Source of the DNA: a candidate division FCPU426 bacterium
GTDB lineage: Bacteria; Oederibacteriota; Muellerivitia; Muellerivitales; Muellerivitaceae
Reading direction: 5' to 3'
Assembly: GCA_963830915.1 (NCBI GenBank)
Contig: CAWHOE010000006.1
Span: 1 to 64,000 of the forward strand
Length of the DNA: 64,000 nt
Shown: positions 42,477 through 52,406 of the stretch, in pieces
Layout of the letters: each line of letters opens with the position of its first letter
Position numbering within the stretch: position 1 is the first letter of the stretch
Made by a program: the position numbers and the translations under genes
Notes under the pieces: model-generated
The model's input: the letters and a program-made list of their open reading frames with translations, nothing else
The model's database searches: none
What the model was told of the DNA's origin: nothing

Positions 42477-43178
42477 TTACTTGGCGTAATCCATGGCGTG
42501 ATAAAGCTTCCCGCTGCCGTCCTTATCCTCCAACAGCACCGGCACCAGTGCCCCCGGCAATACCTTGTCCGGGTCATTGGGCGCTTGCTGGCCTCCCAGG
42601 TCCGTCCTCAGCCAACCCGGGTCCATCAGATTGATCAATACCCCGGTCCCGGCCAGGGTCTTGACCAGGTCGCGTACATAGCGGTCCAAGGCGGCCTTGG
42701 AACAGCTATAGGGCATCAGTTCGGGCTGATCGGCGATACCTGACGTCACATTGACCACCCGGCCCCAGCCCCTCTTGACCATCTGGGGGATGAAGGCGTT
42801 GCAGATCAACGCGGGAACCGTGGCGTTCACCAAGAAGCTCTGGGTATATTCCTCCGCGGTCCCTGCGTATTTATCCTCGTGGTACTTGGTCATGATGGCG
42901 GCGTTGTTGTAAAGGATGTCGATATGGTCGCCCGAGATACGCTTGGCCTCGGCGATCAAACGCTCCACCTGCTTGATATCCGATAGTTCCGCGGCCACCG
43001 GGTGGGCCTCGACGCCCTTGGCCTTCAACCCGGCGACCAATTCCTTGGTCCCCTCCAGGTTCCGGCTCTGCAGGATCAATTTACAGCCCTGGTCCGCCAG
43101 GGCCTTGGCGACCCGGACACCCACCCCTCGGCTCGCGCCGGTCAATAAAACCCATTTGTTCTTGATGCTGATGGCCAT
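42477..43178 (-). CDS. Short-chain dehydrogenase/reductase
   Basis: TGASRGVG, NNAA, YSCSK, DPGWLRTDLGG. Confidence 0.92.
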   Translation of the reverse strand: MAISIKNKWVLLTGASRGVGVRVAKALADQGCKLILQSRNLEGTKELVAGLKAKGVEAHPVAAELSDIKQVERLIAEAKRISGDHIDILYNNAAIMTKYHEDKYAGTAEEYTQSFLVNATVPALICNAFIPQMVKRGWGRVVNVTSGIADQPELMPYSCSKAALDRYVRDLVKTLAGTGVLINLMDPGWLRTDLGGQQAPNDPDKVLPGALVPVLLEDKDGSGKLYHAMDYAK

Positions 43179-43474
43179 ATTCCATCCTTTCTTAGCCTTT
43201 ATTTATTACTCGACTTTGGCAAGTTCTAAAAGGTACGTCGCCTACAACTATTCCCCACTTCCCCCATGCCTCTTTTGGGAAAAATATCATTGGCATGGGG
43301 ACGTCCCCATTTTCATTTTTTGATCTCCAAATGAAGAAATGGGGGTGAAAAAGGGGGGGTATTAGGCGTTGCCGATGCGGTTTGAAAAGACTAACTCCCC
43401 CTTAATCCCCCTCTTTCAGAGGGGGAAAATAGGACGACTCCAAAAAGAACCTAGTGGTTCAATATTAAGTTTCT

Positions 43475-46111
43475 TTACTTCTTCTGCTTGCCGCCCGCTT
43501 GGCACACAAAAAGCGTGGCGGAAAGCGGCTCCAGGGAATACTCAAAGAGGTCCTTGCGGATCTTCCCTTCCTTGATCTTCTGGATATCCGCCGTCTTGGC
43601 GTTGAACCCGTAGCTTGTATAGCTCTTATAGTTCTTCTGGCTCTGCAAGACGAACTTGCCGTGGATGGAGGCCGTCTGGCTCTTGTTCAACACGATCACC
43701 CACAGGGTGCCGGGCTTGGCGGGGTCGGTCGCGGCGTAGACGGAGCTCATGGCCACGTCCTCGGTGGAGGCCGAAACCGACGTCCCGCCGAAGGTGGCGT
43801 TCTTCCCGTCGTAATTGCGGTAGAGCTTGAAGGCCGCTTTGTTGAAGGGGTTCAGGTCGCCCCAGTAGCTGGCCAGGTACACGCCGTACTTCCCGAAGAT
43901 ACCCAGCACGTCCGCCTGGGCGATACCGCCGGAGATATTGTCCCCCGCGCCGTAATCGTACTCGGTGAAGGAAAGCTTTGTCCCGGGGTAGTCCTTGTCG
44001 ATCTTTTCCTGGACCCAAGGGATGAGGCGGATAGCCTTGCCCTTCGTGGACCACTTGGTGATCCAGCTCTGTTCCACATAGTCCGGGTCCCACAGACTGC
44101 GGGGCGCCTGGACACGGGCCTCGATGGAATCGGGCGTGGTGTCGCCTTCAGTCACGCGGATGCCGTTGCCCTGGGCTTCGGGGTACCAGTGAAGGTCCAG
44201 CACATGCACCAACCTCTGGCCGTCCTTCTTTTCCTGTTCCTGTAGCTTTTGCAGGTAATAGTCCAGGTAAGTCCCGTAGGTCTCGTTCATCTGTTTAAAG
44301 TCCGGCGATTCCTGAAGGCTGAGGAATTCCTGCCAGCCGTAACAGACCGCCCCGAAGATCATGGCCGAGGGGTCTATCTTGAGGATGGTCTTGGACAGTT
44401 TGACCGTCAGGTCCAATATCTCCGGGTAGGTGAGCTTATTGGGATGCAACCGGGGATGCTTGGAAGGCCAAAGGGCCGGCTCATTATCCAGGTCGTAGAA
44501 CTTGACCCCGCCTTGGGAGGCCGGCTTGTAGGTCTGGACCAGGAAATTGACGAACTCGTCGTCATAGACCACCGGGCTGTCCGGCTTGGGCGCCAGGGTA
44601 AAGGGAGCCTTTTTCTCGAATTCCAGCTTGGCCCAACGCTTGCTGGGGGCCGTCTCTTCCTTGGTGACTTCCTTATTCTTATCGGCGGCCACATAACCCG
44701 CCATCTGAACGGTGACGAGTGAATCCAACCCCGCCTTCTGGTTATCGTCCACGAAGTGGCGCACATAAGCGGCAGGCTGGTCGGCGTCGGTGTATTTGTT
44801 CTCCACGCAAAGCCAATCGTCGCTGTAGTTCTTCCAGTCGGTCCCGGCGTTGGAATAGTTGTTCGTCCAGTTGTAGCCGGTCATGCGGTTGCCGCCCAAG
44901 CGGCGGAAGGTGGCGTTCATGCCGGTGGGGTCCACCCGGTTCAGCCCGTAGATATAGGGGCTGATGGCGCCGTTGACCTTGTCGGGCATCACGACGAACT
45001 GGAGGTTCTTGGTTTCGGCTACGGTCGACGAGGCGGCAGACGCCACCTCGGTCCCGATCGGTCCGATCAGGATGACCGCCGCTCCCGTCATCTGGGGCGC
45101 CAGGTTCATGTGGGTGGTCTTGCTCAGGTCCATCATGTGGCCCGTGATAGCGTCCGGCGGGGTGTAATAGGGGTCCTTATGGAAACTGGCGATGGGCACG
45201 GTGACTTCCGACCAGTCGGCGGTGATCGCGGCTTTCGCGATGTACTGGACATGGTAGGCGTCCACCAAGGCGATGACCACATCACCCGGGACGGTGGACT
45301 TGGCGGTGAACTTCAAGGCGCTGACCTTCGACAGGTCGGCTGAGACGTTGTGCCAGATACCGCAGTAGTTCCCGTCGCCCTTGACGATGTTGGAGGTCAA
45401 CTGGATGGCTTTCTCGCCGGACTTTTGTCCCGCCGTGACAGCGTACTCGATCTTGGAACCGTTGGAATCGGCGTAGGTGCCGGTGTTCGTGCTGGGTATC
45501 ACCCCGGTCCAATCTTCCACCATGGAACCGGAGGCTGTACTGGCGGCGGCCGGCGCGGCGGCAGGAGCGTCGCCCGTCTCGATCTTCCCGATCTGGATGA
45601 CCGAGTCTCCCTGCATCTGGGGCGCGAAGTTCAGGCTGGTAGTCTTGCTCAGGTCCATGAGGTGGCCCGTGATGGCGTCCGGCGGGGTGTAGTAAGGGTC
45701 CTTATGGAAATAGGAAAGGGGTAGGTTCACTTCCGCCCAATCCTTGCCGACCTGCACCTTGGCGATGTACTGGACGTTGTAGGCGTCCTTCACGGCGAGC
45801 TGGATGTCGCCCGGGACGGTGGACTTGGCCATGAACTTCAGGGCCCCGGCCTTCGAAAGGTCGGCGGAGATGTTGTGCCAGATGCCGCAATAGGTCCCGT
45901 CGCCCTTGGCGACGGTGGAGGTCAATTGGATGGCCTTCTCGCCGTCCTTGGCTCCCGCCACGGCGGCGAATGCGATCTTGGAACCGCTGCTGTCCGCGTA
46001 GGTCCCGGTATTCGTGTTGGGCTGTACGTTCGTCCAATCCTCAACCACGCCGGCGAAAACCGCGGGGGCGAAGGATAGAAGGACCGCCAATAGGCAAAGG
46101 ATCTTCTTCAT
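43475..46111 (-). CDS. GH44 endoglucanase/xyloglucanase/mannanase-like enzyme with two N-terminal CBM11/CIA30-like repeats
   Basis: ISPYIYG, RLGGNRMTGYNW, LDNEPALW, DLHWYPEA, FTEYDYG; duplicated VEDWT...YFHKDPYYTPPD modules. Confidence 0.88.
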   Translation of the reverse strand: MKKILCLLAVLLSFAPAVFAGVVEDWTNVQPNTNTGTYADSSGSKIAFAAVAGAKDGEKAIQLTSTVAKGDGTYCGIWHNISADLSKAGALKFMAKSTVPGDIQLAVKDAYNVQYIAKVQVGKDWAEVNLPLSYFHKDPYYTPPDAITGHLMDLSKTTSLNFAPQMQGDSVIQIGKIETGDAPAAAPAAASTASGSMVEDWTGVIPSTNTGTYADSNGSKIEYAVTAGQKSGEKAIQLTSNIVKGDGNYCGIWHNVSADLSKVSALKFTAKSTVPGDVVIALVDAYHVQYIAKAAITADWSEVTVPIASFHKDPYYTPPDAITGHMMDLSKTTHMNLAPQMTGAAVILIGPIGTEVASAASSTVAETKNLQFVVMPDKVNGAISPYIYGLNRVDPTGMNATFRRLGGNRMTGYNWTNNYSNAGTDWKNYSDDWLCVENKYTDADQPAAYVRHFVDDNQKAGLDSLVTVQMAGYVAADKNKEVTKEETAPSKRWAKLEFEKKAPFTLAPKPDSPVVYDDEFVNFLVQTYKPASQGGVKFYDLDNEPALWPSKHPRLHPNKLTYPEILDLTVKLSKTILKIDPSAMIFGAVCYGWQEFLSLQESPDFKQMNETYGTYLDYYLQKLQEQEKKDGQRLVHVLDLHWYPEAQGNGIRVTEGDTTPDSIEARVQAPRSLWDPDYVEQSWITKWSTKGKAIRLIPWVQEKIDKDYPGTKLSFTEYDYGAGDNISGGIAQADVLGIFGKYGVYLASYWGDLNPFNKAAFKLYRNYDGKNATFGGTSVSASTEDVAMSSVYAATDPAKPGTLWVIVLNKSQTASIHGKFVLQSQKNYKSYTSYGFNAKTADIQKIKEGKIRKDLFEYSLEPLSATLFVCQAGGKQKK

Positions 46112-46227
46112 AACTATTTCTCCTTGATATTGATGTTCCGGATGGGAATTTACGGACAGATCATCCCTGAGACTGCCGGGGCTCGGCTGAATATGATACT
46201 AGGTTTATAGTCAGAAAAATAAATTTC

Positions 46228-46374
46228 ACCACAGAGGCACATGCCGACTTTCAATAAAGCTTTTAAAGAGGTCGGTATAGTACCGATTTCATCAAATGTT
46301 TATAGCTAATCGGCACAGAGACACAGCTAATCATTCGGAAATTAAATACTCATTAAAAGCTGTGCCTCTGTGGT
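46228..46374. repeat. ACCACAGAGGCACAG...CTGTGCCTCTGTGGT palindrome interrupted by a mini-element
   Basis: The arms become perfectly complementary after removing 46242-46315 and one CA. Confidence 0.7.
46242..46315. mobile_element. Mini-element copy 2 (74 bp, TGCCGA...TCGGCA, CA duplication)
   Basis: CA-TGCCGAC...GAGGTCGGTATAGTACCGATTTC...AATCGGCA-CA. Confidence 0.7.
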
Positions 46375-46486
46375 AAAGCCTGGATTTTTTATAAAGGTCT
46401 TATGAAAGCGTTTCCCTTGGGAGTCTTTTTCGACGTTCTAAATGGCTAACCTGCGCTCTTGAACGTGAAATGGTTTTTCGTAATTC

Positions 46487-48826
46487 TCAATACACCCCGT
46501 CATGGGTCAGTGTTTCCCATTCGATATTGAACTGGTTCGCCGTGGCGCCGCTGTTAGCCCGCAAAGTGGTCAGCCATTGGCTGGTATAGGGCATGGACAG
46601 ACCCAATCGGTTAACGTATTCGTTGTAGCCGATCTCGAAGGTGACCAATACTTGGCCTTGCGGGTTCCAGGTACCAGTACAAGTACCCTCCGCGCTGTTA
46701 TTGACGAACTGCTCGGCGAGCAATTCGGAGGCCGGTAATAAAGAGGTCTTGTAGTTCGTGTAGAGGGCGGCGGGGCTTCCCTGGTGGTAGTCGATCTCGG
46801 CGCATTCCACCGCCGCGTCCAGGGCGAACTGCACATGGTGACCGTTGTCGCGGCAGGTCTCCTGTTCCAACCCGGCGATCCATTCTTGCGGGTTATACCA
46901 GAAGGCGTCCGGGAAGGGCGTTCCGTTGCCCGTATCACCCGCGATGGCCGCTGGCTGGGCGTTGCTCGGGTCGTTGTTGGTGGCGCCGCTGATGGTGGGC
47001 CAGGCCGAACTGTAGAAGTAGGCCGGCATCCGGGCCTGGTACCGGGCGATGGCGCTGTTCCACTCGGTCTGGTCGTCGCAAAAGACCGCCATGGACATCA
47101 TGGCGTCGATCTGGGTCAGGTCGATGTTCCCGTTCCCGGTGCACATGTTGTTCAACACGGGATAGAAGGCGTTCTGGAACAAGGCCTTATAGGTGGTGGT
47201 GTTGGCGGTCGTCCAATTGGGGCTGGTCCTTAGGAGCTCGCAAGCGTTGGCGAAACAAACCCCGAACCACCCGCCGTCCAACTGGCATTGCCCCGAATAA
47301 CAGCCGCTGGATTGCAGGCCCTGCATGGTCGCGTAATTGCCCAGGACGTTCATCGCCTTGGTGTAGTAAGTGTTATTACCGGTCAGGTACCAGTAGAGCG
47401 CGCAAGCGTAACAAAGCGCCGAATCGGTTTGCATGTTCCCTTCCTGGGTGCAGGCGTTTTCCGTGATCCCGTTGAAGACGACTCCGGAGGAAGCCCCATT
47501 AGCCTGTCCCAAAAGGTTGTTCAGCTGTTGGGTCCAGGGCTGGGCATTAGCCGCGATCTTGCCCTTCACGAAGGTCAGCTCGGCGCAGGAGGACCAGGCC
47601 CCGGGATGGACGAAAACCGGTCCCTGGATGGCGCAGCCCGATCCGGTGGTGGCGGTGGGGGTAGCGGTTTTGGTGCTTGTGGACGTCGGTGTGCCGGTCG
47701 GGGTTCCGCTGGGAGTAAAGGTCCTGGTTGAAGTATTCGACGGGGTGCTGGATGCCGTACTGGTGAACGTTGGCGATGATGTAAAGGTATTGGTCAAAGT
47801 ATAGGACGGCGTATAAGTCATAGTGGGGGGATTGGGCGTATTGGTGAAGGTCGATGAGAACAGCGGCGTGTTGGTCGCTGTGGGAGGGACCGGCGTATCG
47901 GTGAAGGTTGAGGAGAATATCGGGGTGTTGGTTGAAGTCGAGGGCACCGGCGTATCCGTATAGGTCGAGGTGTTGGCTAGAGTGTTGGTCGCCGTGGGAG
48001 GCACAGGCGTATCGGTCGGGGTATTGGTAGGACCGGTGGGTGTGTTGGTCGAGGTAGCCGCTTCCATGGTCACTGTAGCGCCGACGACCGGCAATCCGGG
48101 GAACAGTAGGGTTTGGCCATTGGTTCCCGCCGCCGAGGTGATGCTGAAGCCATAGGTCCCGGGTGAGGCTACGGCCGTGAAATCCACCTGGGCTGTATAG
48201 GTGACAGCTCCTCCGCTCGCGGGAATGGCATCGTTGATATTGAAGATGGCCGAGGACCCGGAGAAGAACACGGTGCTTTCAGCTGTTCCATTCTTGAACA
48301 AGGTGGCCGAACTAAGGCCGGAGGCGGATGCCCCGCCCTCGGACAAGGTCAAGCTGGTCAAGGTCGCCGCCGTGGACCCTGGATTGGTCAAGACGATCTG
48401 CTCCACTGGAACGTTCGAGGCACCCTGGATCTGGGTCGTGTTACCCGGCGCTCCACTTCCCTGGGAAGTCCCGAAGGATTCTTGCGTCGGCGTGAAAGTG
48501 GTGGTCGCCGTAGGGGTAAAGGTCGAGGTGAACAAGGGCGTATTGGTGGCTGTGGGGGGTATGGGTGTCAGGGTGATGGTGTAGGTCCAGGTGAAGGAAG
48601 GGGTGTAAGTGGCCGTGGGCGGTACCGGTGTATAGGAGAAAGTCGAAGTGAACTGGGGAGTATTGGTGGACGTGGGAGGAACGGGGGTATCGGTGGGGGT
48701 ATAGAGTTTATCGGGAGCCATGGGCGAAACAGGGATCGTGATATTGCGACTGCAACCAGCTCCTATGCCCAGGATCAAAAGGGCCATCACGATTTTAGTT
48801 ATTTGGTACTGGTTCCGATTATCCAT
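46487..48826 (-). CDS. Lipoprotein with TP linkers, an Ig-like domain and a C-terminal alginate-lyase-like (alpha/alpha) domain
   Basis: Lipobox GAGC; FVHPG, GNIDL, QETCRDNGHH motifs; substrate unknown. Confidence 0.7.
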   Translation of the reverse strand: MDNRNQYQITKIVMALLILGIGAGCSRNITIPVSPMAPDKLYTPTDTPVPPTSTNTPQFTSTFSYTPVPPTATYTPSFTWTYTITLTPIPPTATNTPLFTSTFTPTATTTFTPTQESFGTSQGSGAPGNTTQIQGASNVPVEQIVLTNPGSTAATLTSLTLSEGGASASGLSSATLFKNGTAESTVFFSGSSAIFNINDAIPASGGAVTYTAQVDFTAVASPGTYGFSITSAAGTNGQTLLFPGLPVVGATVTMEAATSTNTPTGPTNTPTDTPVPPTATNTLANTSTYTDTPVPSTSTNTPIFSSTFTDTPVPPTATNTPLFSSTFTNTPNPPTMTYTPSYTLTNTFTSSPTFTSTASSTPSNTSTRTFTPSGTPTGTPTSTSTKTATPTATTGSGCAIQGPVFVHPGAWSSCAELTFVKGKIAANAQPWTQQLNNLLGQANGASSGVVFNGITENACTQEGNMQTDSALCYACALYWYLTGNNTYYTKAMNVLGNYATMQGLQSSGCYSGQCQLDGGWFGVCFANACELLRTSPNWTTANTTTYKALFQNAFYPVLNNMCTGNGNIDLTQIDAMMSMAVFCDDQTEWNSAIARYQARMPAYFYSSAWPTISGATNNDPSNAQPAAIAGDTGNGTPFPDAFWYNPQEWIAGLEQETCRDNGHHVQFALDAAVECAEIDYHQGSPAALYTNYKTSLLPASELLAEQFVNNSAEGTCTGTWNPQGQVLVTFEIGYNEYVNRLGLSMPYTSQWLTTLRANSGATANQFNIEWETLTHDGVY

Positions 48827-49032
48827 AAAAAAAATCCTCCGCGGTTTGTTATGAAGTAAGTGTACCAATTGGTTTTTGGGGCGATTTATTCCAGATAAAA
48901 AACGGGCTTATGATGATGAAAGGGCCGGAAGGGGGCAAAAGTCCTGGAAAAAGGGGCTCAATCTACCCTAAGGATGGGTTTCTCCCTGAAAATTCATCCT
49001 GTCCCGCCAACGGGCTAGCCTAAAATAGGGAC

Positions 49033-50823
49033 ATGGCCAGACCCAAACCATCCTTCGACCCCAAAACCCACATGAAAGCTTTCAGCGTCTTTCATGTCAT
49101 CTTCAATAGTTATCTGGGGCGCAAGTGTTATTACGTCTCATTGCCGGACTGGACCTGGACGGTCCTGTTCATCCGCAAGCAGAACACCCAGCAGTGGAAT
49201 TTCGAGGAATATTACGGCCGGACCGCCGAACGCCATTGCCAAAACCTGACCCAGGTCAAGCGCATGACCAAGGAAAAACGCTCCCTGGTCAGCCGTTTCG
49301 GGGATTCGGTGGAGTTCTATACGCCGGTCCTGGTCAGGGGCGTCATGAAGGGCTTCATCATTTCCGAGGGTATCCTGGAAAAATACCCGACCCCCGAGAG
49401 TTTCCGCCGCTATTGGAAAGGATTGACCAAGACCGAAGGGTCGGACTTGAACTCCGACTTCCTTTACTACGCCCGCACGGTCCTCAGTCAGCCCATCCTG
49501 GATAAGGAAGGCATCGCCGCTTATTCCCGCCTTCTGGAACTGGTGGCCCAGTGGATCATCGGACAGGACAGGGCCGGTGTGCTCGGGGAAGCCGAAGAAC
49601 TGCTCAACGGGGTTTTCTCCCGCCAGATCCCCCACCCCGACTGGGTGAATTGGATGGTCGGGACCGACAAGTTCTTCGCCAAACCAGACAAGGACCTTAC
49701 CCTTCAATCTTGGGTTCCCCATGAGATCGGCGTCAACCGCATGCCCAACACGGCGGTCGCCTTGATGCCCCAAAAACCCCTATTGCACGCCGGGGCCCTG
49801 GACATCCTTTGCCTGACCCGCCGGTTCCAGCACGAGTGTTTCCTGGCCGCCCGGGGAATGGAGGAATCCTACGCCAGCCCTCTGGGCGATTACGGCTGTG
49901 TCTTGCTGACCTCCCCCAAGCCTGGCCTGTCCGCCTTCCAGGCCAAGCTGGAGGTCCACGACAAGATCCACAAACTTTGCCGCGAGCTGGGCCAAAAACT
50001 CAACGTGAATATCCACGCCGGCATCGGTTCCCTGGTCCCGCCGGGAGGGAGCCTGCCCAAGTCCTACCGTGAGGCGGTCCTGGCGCTCCACAGCGCGGTG
50101 GAGGGCGGGAAAGAGATCGTGTCTTCCGACGAGCCTGGGTCCACCCTGGTCAACCCTTCCGAGTCCCAGATGCATACCCTCATCCGCCATCTTTCCGAGG
50201 CCCTGGCCCGGTCCTTCCCGGCCCAGCTGGCCCTGGCCCGGGACAACTTCATCCACAAACTGCTCCTGATGAGCTATGGCCCGGAAGTTTCCCGGGCTTA
50301 CCTTTTGGCGACCCTGCATCTGTTGACCGAACAATTCGAGCACCGCTCCGGATTGAACGCCGCTTCCACGGCGGCGTTATCTTCCGAACTGATGGGGCGT
50401 TTGGAGTCGGCCGTCACCCTTCCCGATCTGGTGGCCGCTTTCCGGGAATCGCTGGACGCCTTGCTTCGCTATCAGGACAGCCCCAAGGAAGCCACGGCGG
50501 TTTCAGGGATGGAGAACGTGGTGGCGGAGATCGCCAAGAACCCGGGACGACCCTGGCAGCTTGCCAAGCTTTCCAGCCAGATGGGCATGTCGGCCCCGAC
50601 CTTCTCCAAATGGTTCCAGAAGGTGGCCGGGCTTCCTTTCGGGCCCTATTTGATGAAGGTTCGTTTGGAAAAGGCGGACACGCTGTTGAGGGAAGAGAAC
50701 ATGACGCTGGAGCGCATCGCGCAGGAGTGCGGGTTCAGCTCGGCCAGTTCCTTCATCCAGATCTTCAAGCGGACCAAGGGCGTATCACCCAGGCAATACC
50801 ACCGCAAGACCGGGAAGGCTTGA
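49033..50823 (+). CDS. Large AraC-family regulator with an uncharacterised N-terminal sensor region
   Basis: C-terminal RLEKADTLL...IAQECGFSSASSFIQIFKRTKGVSPRQY; central GIGS...SYREA motif as in YesN/CdaR-like regulators. Confidence 0.82.
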   Translation: MARPKPSFDPKTHMKAFSVFHVIFNSYLGRKCYYVSLPDWTWTVLFIRKQNTQQWNFEEYYGRTAERHCQNLTQVKRMTKEKRSLVSRFGDSVEFYTPVLVRGVMKGFIISEGILEKYPTPESFRRYWKGLTKTEGSDLNSDFLYYARTVLSQPILDKEGIAAYSRLLELVAQWIIGQDRAGVLGEAEELLNGVFSRQIPHPDWVNWMVGTDKFFAKPDKDLTLQSWVPHEIGVNRMPNTAVALMPQKPLLHAGALDILCLTRRFQHECFLAARGMEESYASPLGDYGCVLLTSPKPGLSAFQAKLEVHDKIHKLCRELGQKLNVNIHAGIGSLVPPGGSLPKSYREAVLALHSAVEGGKEIVSSDEPGSTLVNPSESQMHTLIRHLSEALARSFPAQLALARDNFIHKLLLMSYGPEVSRAYLLATLHLLTEQFEHRSGLNAASTAALSSELMGRLESAVTLPDLVAAFRESLDALLRYQDSPKEATAVSGMENVVAEIAKNPGRPWQLAKLSSQMGMSAPTFSKWFQKVAGLPFGPYLMKVRLEKADTLLREENMTLERIAQECGFSSASSFIQIFKRTKGVSPRQYHRKTGKA

Positions 50824-50848
50824 GGAACGGCCGATCCAAATCATTTTT

Positions 50849-51020
50849 GCCACAGATACATGGGATTCATGAGATTTTAAATCGTCATAATCTTAATTCT
50901 TTTCTTTGCCCATCCTGTGCATCCCATGCATGCCGACCTTCCATAAATATTTTAATGAGGTCGGTATGGTACCGATTTCAAACCCACTTTATTCCGATCG
51001 TTAATCGGCACATCTGTGGC
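50849..51020. repeat. GCCACAGATACATGGGAT...ATCCCATGCATCTGTGGC palindrome interrupted by a mini-element
   Basis: The right arm is restored to 17/18 complementarity after removing 50931-51010 and one CA. Confidence 0.7.
50931..51010. mobile_element. Mini-element copy 3 (80 bp, TGCCGA...TCGGCA, CA duplication)
   Basis: CA-TGCCGACC...GAGGTCGGTATGGTACCGATTTC...AATCGGCA-CA. Confidence 0.7.
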
Positions 51021-51070
51021 TAAGAAATGGTTTAGGTTTTGTTGTCGCTGTTCCCCCTACATTTTCATGG

Positions 51071-51259
51071 CTATGACTGGCAGCGGATGAAATGCTCGAT
51101 GGAACGGTCGTAGGTCTTCTCGGCTTGGGGGCTGAAATAACAGGCCGGCAGTTCCCCGTTGCGCCGATGGTAAGTGACGCAATCGCAGCATTTCCCATGC
51201 TTCTCACAGGAATAGGTACAGTTACAGTTCTTCGAGTTGGCCGTCTTGGTGCATTCCAT
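51071..51259 (-). CDS. Small Cys-rich protein (DUF6485-like)
   Basis: [17 protein letters not shown]...ELPACYF...EKTYDRS; AAGGAGG RBS. Confidence 0.75.
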   Translation of the reverse strand: MECTKTANSKNCNCTYSCEKHGKCCDCVTYHRRNGELPACYFSPQAEKTYDRSIEHFIRCQS

Positions 51260-51276
51260 TGTCAGTCCTCCTTTTT

Positions 51277-51309
51277 AAAAAAGGCCGGGCTTTTGAAAAG
51301 CCCAGCCTT
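51277..51309 (-). terminator. Terminator-like hairpin after GH130
   Basis: A-run then GGCCGGGCTTTTGAAAAGCCCAGCC; it lies immediately upstream of the RBS of the Cys-rich gene. Confidence 0.55.
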
Positions 51310-51349
51310 ACATATCAACTGAAACCCTGCCAATCCTTCCCGATCAGGA

Positions 51350-52276
51350 TCAATAACTATTCTTTTTGATGAACTGAACGACCTCCCTAAAGTCGGCGTG
51401 CGCCAGCCCCACGCAAGTATCCGCGGCGCCGTAATAGATATCCAGTTTCATCGTCTTTTCGTCCAGCAGAGCCGCCGTGGGGAACACCACGTTGGGCACG
51501 AAACCCACGCATTCATAGGACTCGGTGGGGGCCATTAAATAACGCTTGGTGCGATATTTGACCTTCCAAGGCTCATTCAGGTCCAGGATCGCCCCGCCCA
51601 TGGAATAGACGAACCCATTGCAGGTCGTATGGACGCCATGGTAGAGGATCACCCATCCTTCCTTGGTTTCGATCGGGGTGGGCCCTGCCCCCACCTTGGT
51701 CATTTGCCATCCGTCGGTACGGCCGAACACGAATTGGTGATTCCCCCAATGGATCATGTCCGGGCTGGTGGCGTAGAAGATATCCCCAAAAGGCGTATGG
51801 CCGTTATCCGAGGGACGGTGCAGGAGGGCGTATTGGCCCTTGATCTTGCGGGGGAACAGGACCGCGTTTCGGTTGTAGGGCAGGAGAATGGTGGCCTTTT
51901 GGGTGAATTTCTTGAAATCCTTGGTTTCGGCCAAACCGATGGAGGGACCCGGCGTGGGGTAATAACACCAGGTGATGTAATAGGTATCCCCGATCTTGGT
52001 GATGCGGGGATCGTAACCCGTCCCACAAGGGATATCCTTGGGTACGGCGCCGGTGAGTTTCATCCTTTCCGGCTGGATATCCCAATGGATGGCGTCATCG
52101 CTGAAGCCCACATGTAGTTCCTGGAGCATTTCCTGGGTATCCACCCGGAACACCCCGGCGTAGGCCCCTTTGAATTTGACGATCGCGCTGTTCATGATGA
52201 CGTGGGCGTTGGGAACGGCCGCTGAGGTGATGATCGGATTCCCTTGGTACCGTTTGAATACTGTTTCGTTCGCCAT
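51350..52276 (-). CDS. GH130 beta-1,4-mannooligosaccharide phosphorylase-like enzyme (GH130_2-like)
   Basis: RYQGNPII, YDPRIT, NRNAVLFPRKI, RPSDNGHTPFGDIF, KVGAGPTPIET, TCNGFVYS; ATG at 52276 follows GGGAGGG. Confidence 0.92.
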   Translation of the reverse strand: MANETVFKRYQGNPIITSAAVPNAHVIMNSAIVKFKGAYAGVFRVDTQEMLQELHVGFSDDAIHWDIQPERMKLTGAVPKDIPCGTGYDPRITKIGDTYYITWCYYPTPGPSIGLAETKDFKKFTQKATILLPYNRNAVLFPRKIKGQYALLHRPSDNGHTPFGDIFYATSPDMIHWGNHQFVFGRTDGWQMTKVGAGPTPIETKEGWVILYHGVHTTCNGFVYSMGGAILDLNEPWKVKYRTKRYLMAPTESYECVGFVPNVVFPTAALLDEKTMKLDIYYGAADTCVGLAHADFREVVQFIKKNSY

Positions 52277-52354
52277 GTAAACCCTCCCGAATTTATTTTT
52301 ATTACTCTGGAAATAAAGCGAGCTACCGGGGTTTCGACCCCTTTGTCCCCTTTT

Positions 52355-52389
52355 AAAAAAAAGGCCGGACTTTTTCAAAAGCCCGGCCG
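52355..52389 (-). terminator. Terminator-like hairpin between the sugar-binding protein and GH130
   Basis: A-run then GGCCGGACTTTTTCAAAAGCCCGGCC; very similar to the hairpin at 51277. Confidence 0.55.
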
Positions 52390-52406
52390 ATCAGATGTTC
52401 AGATCT

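Noticed and set aside
43260..43430. Hairpins upstream of the SDR gene (CCCCATGCC/GGCATGGGG; TCCCCCTCT/AGAGGGGGA) as an ncRNA
   Set aside because: They look like generic REP-like or terminator palindromes, with no second copy in the window and no recognisable RNA family
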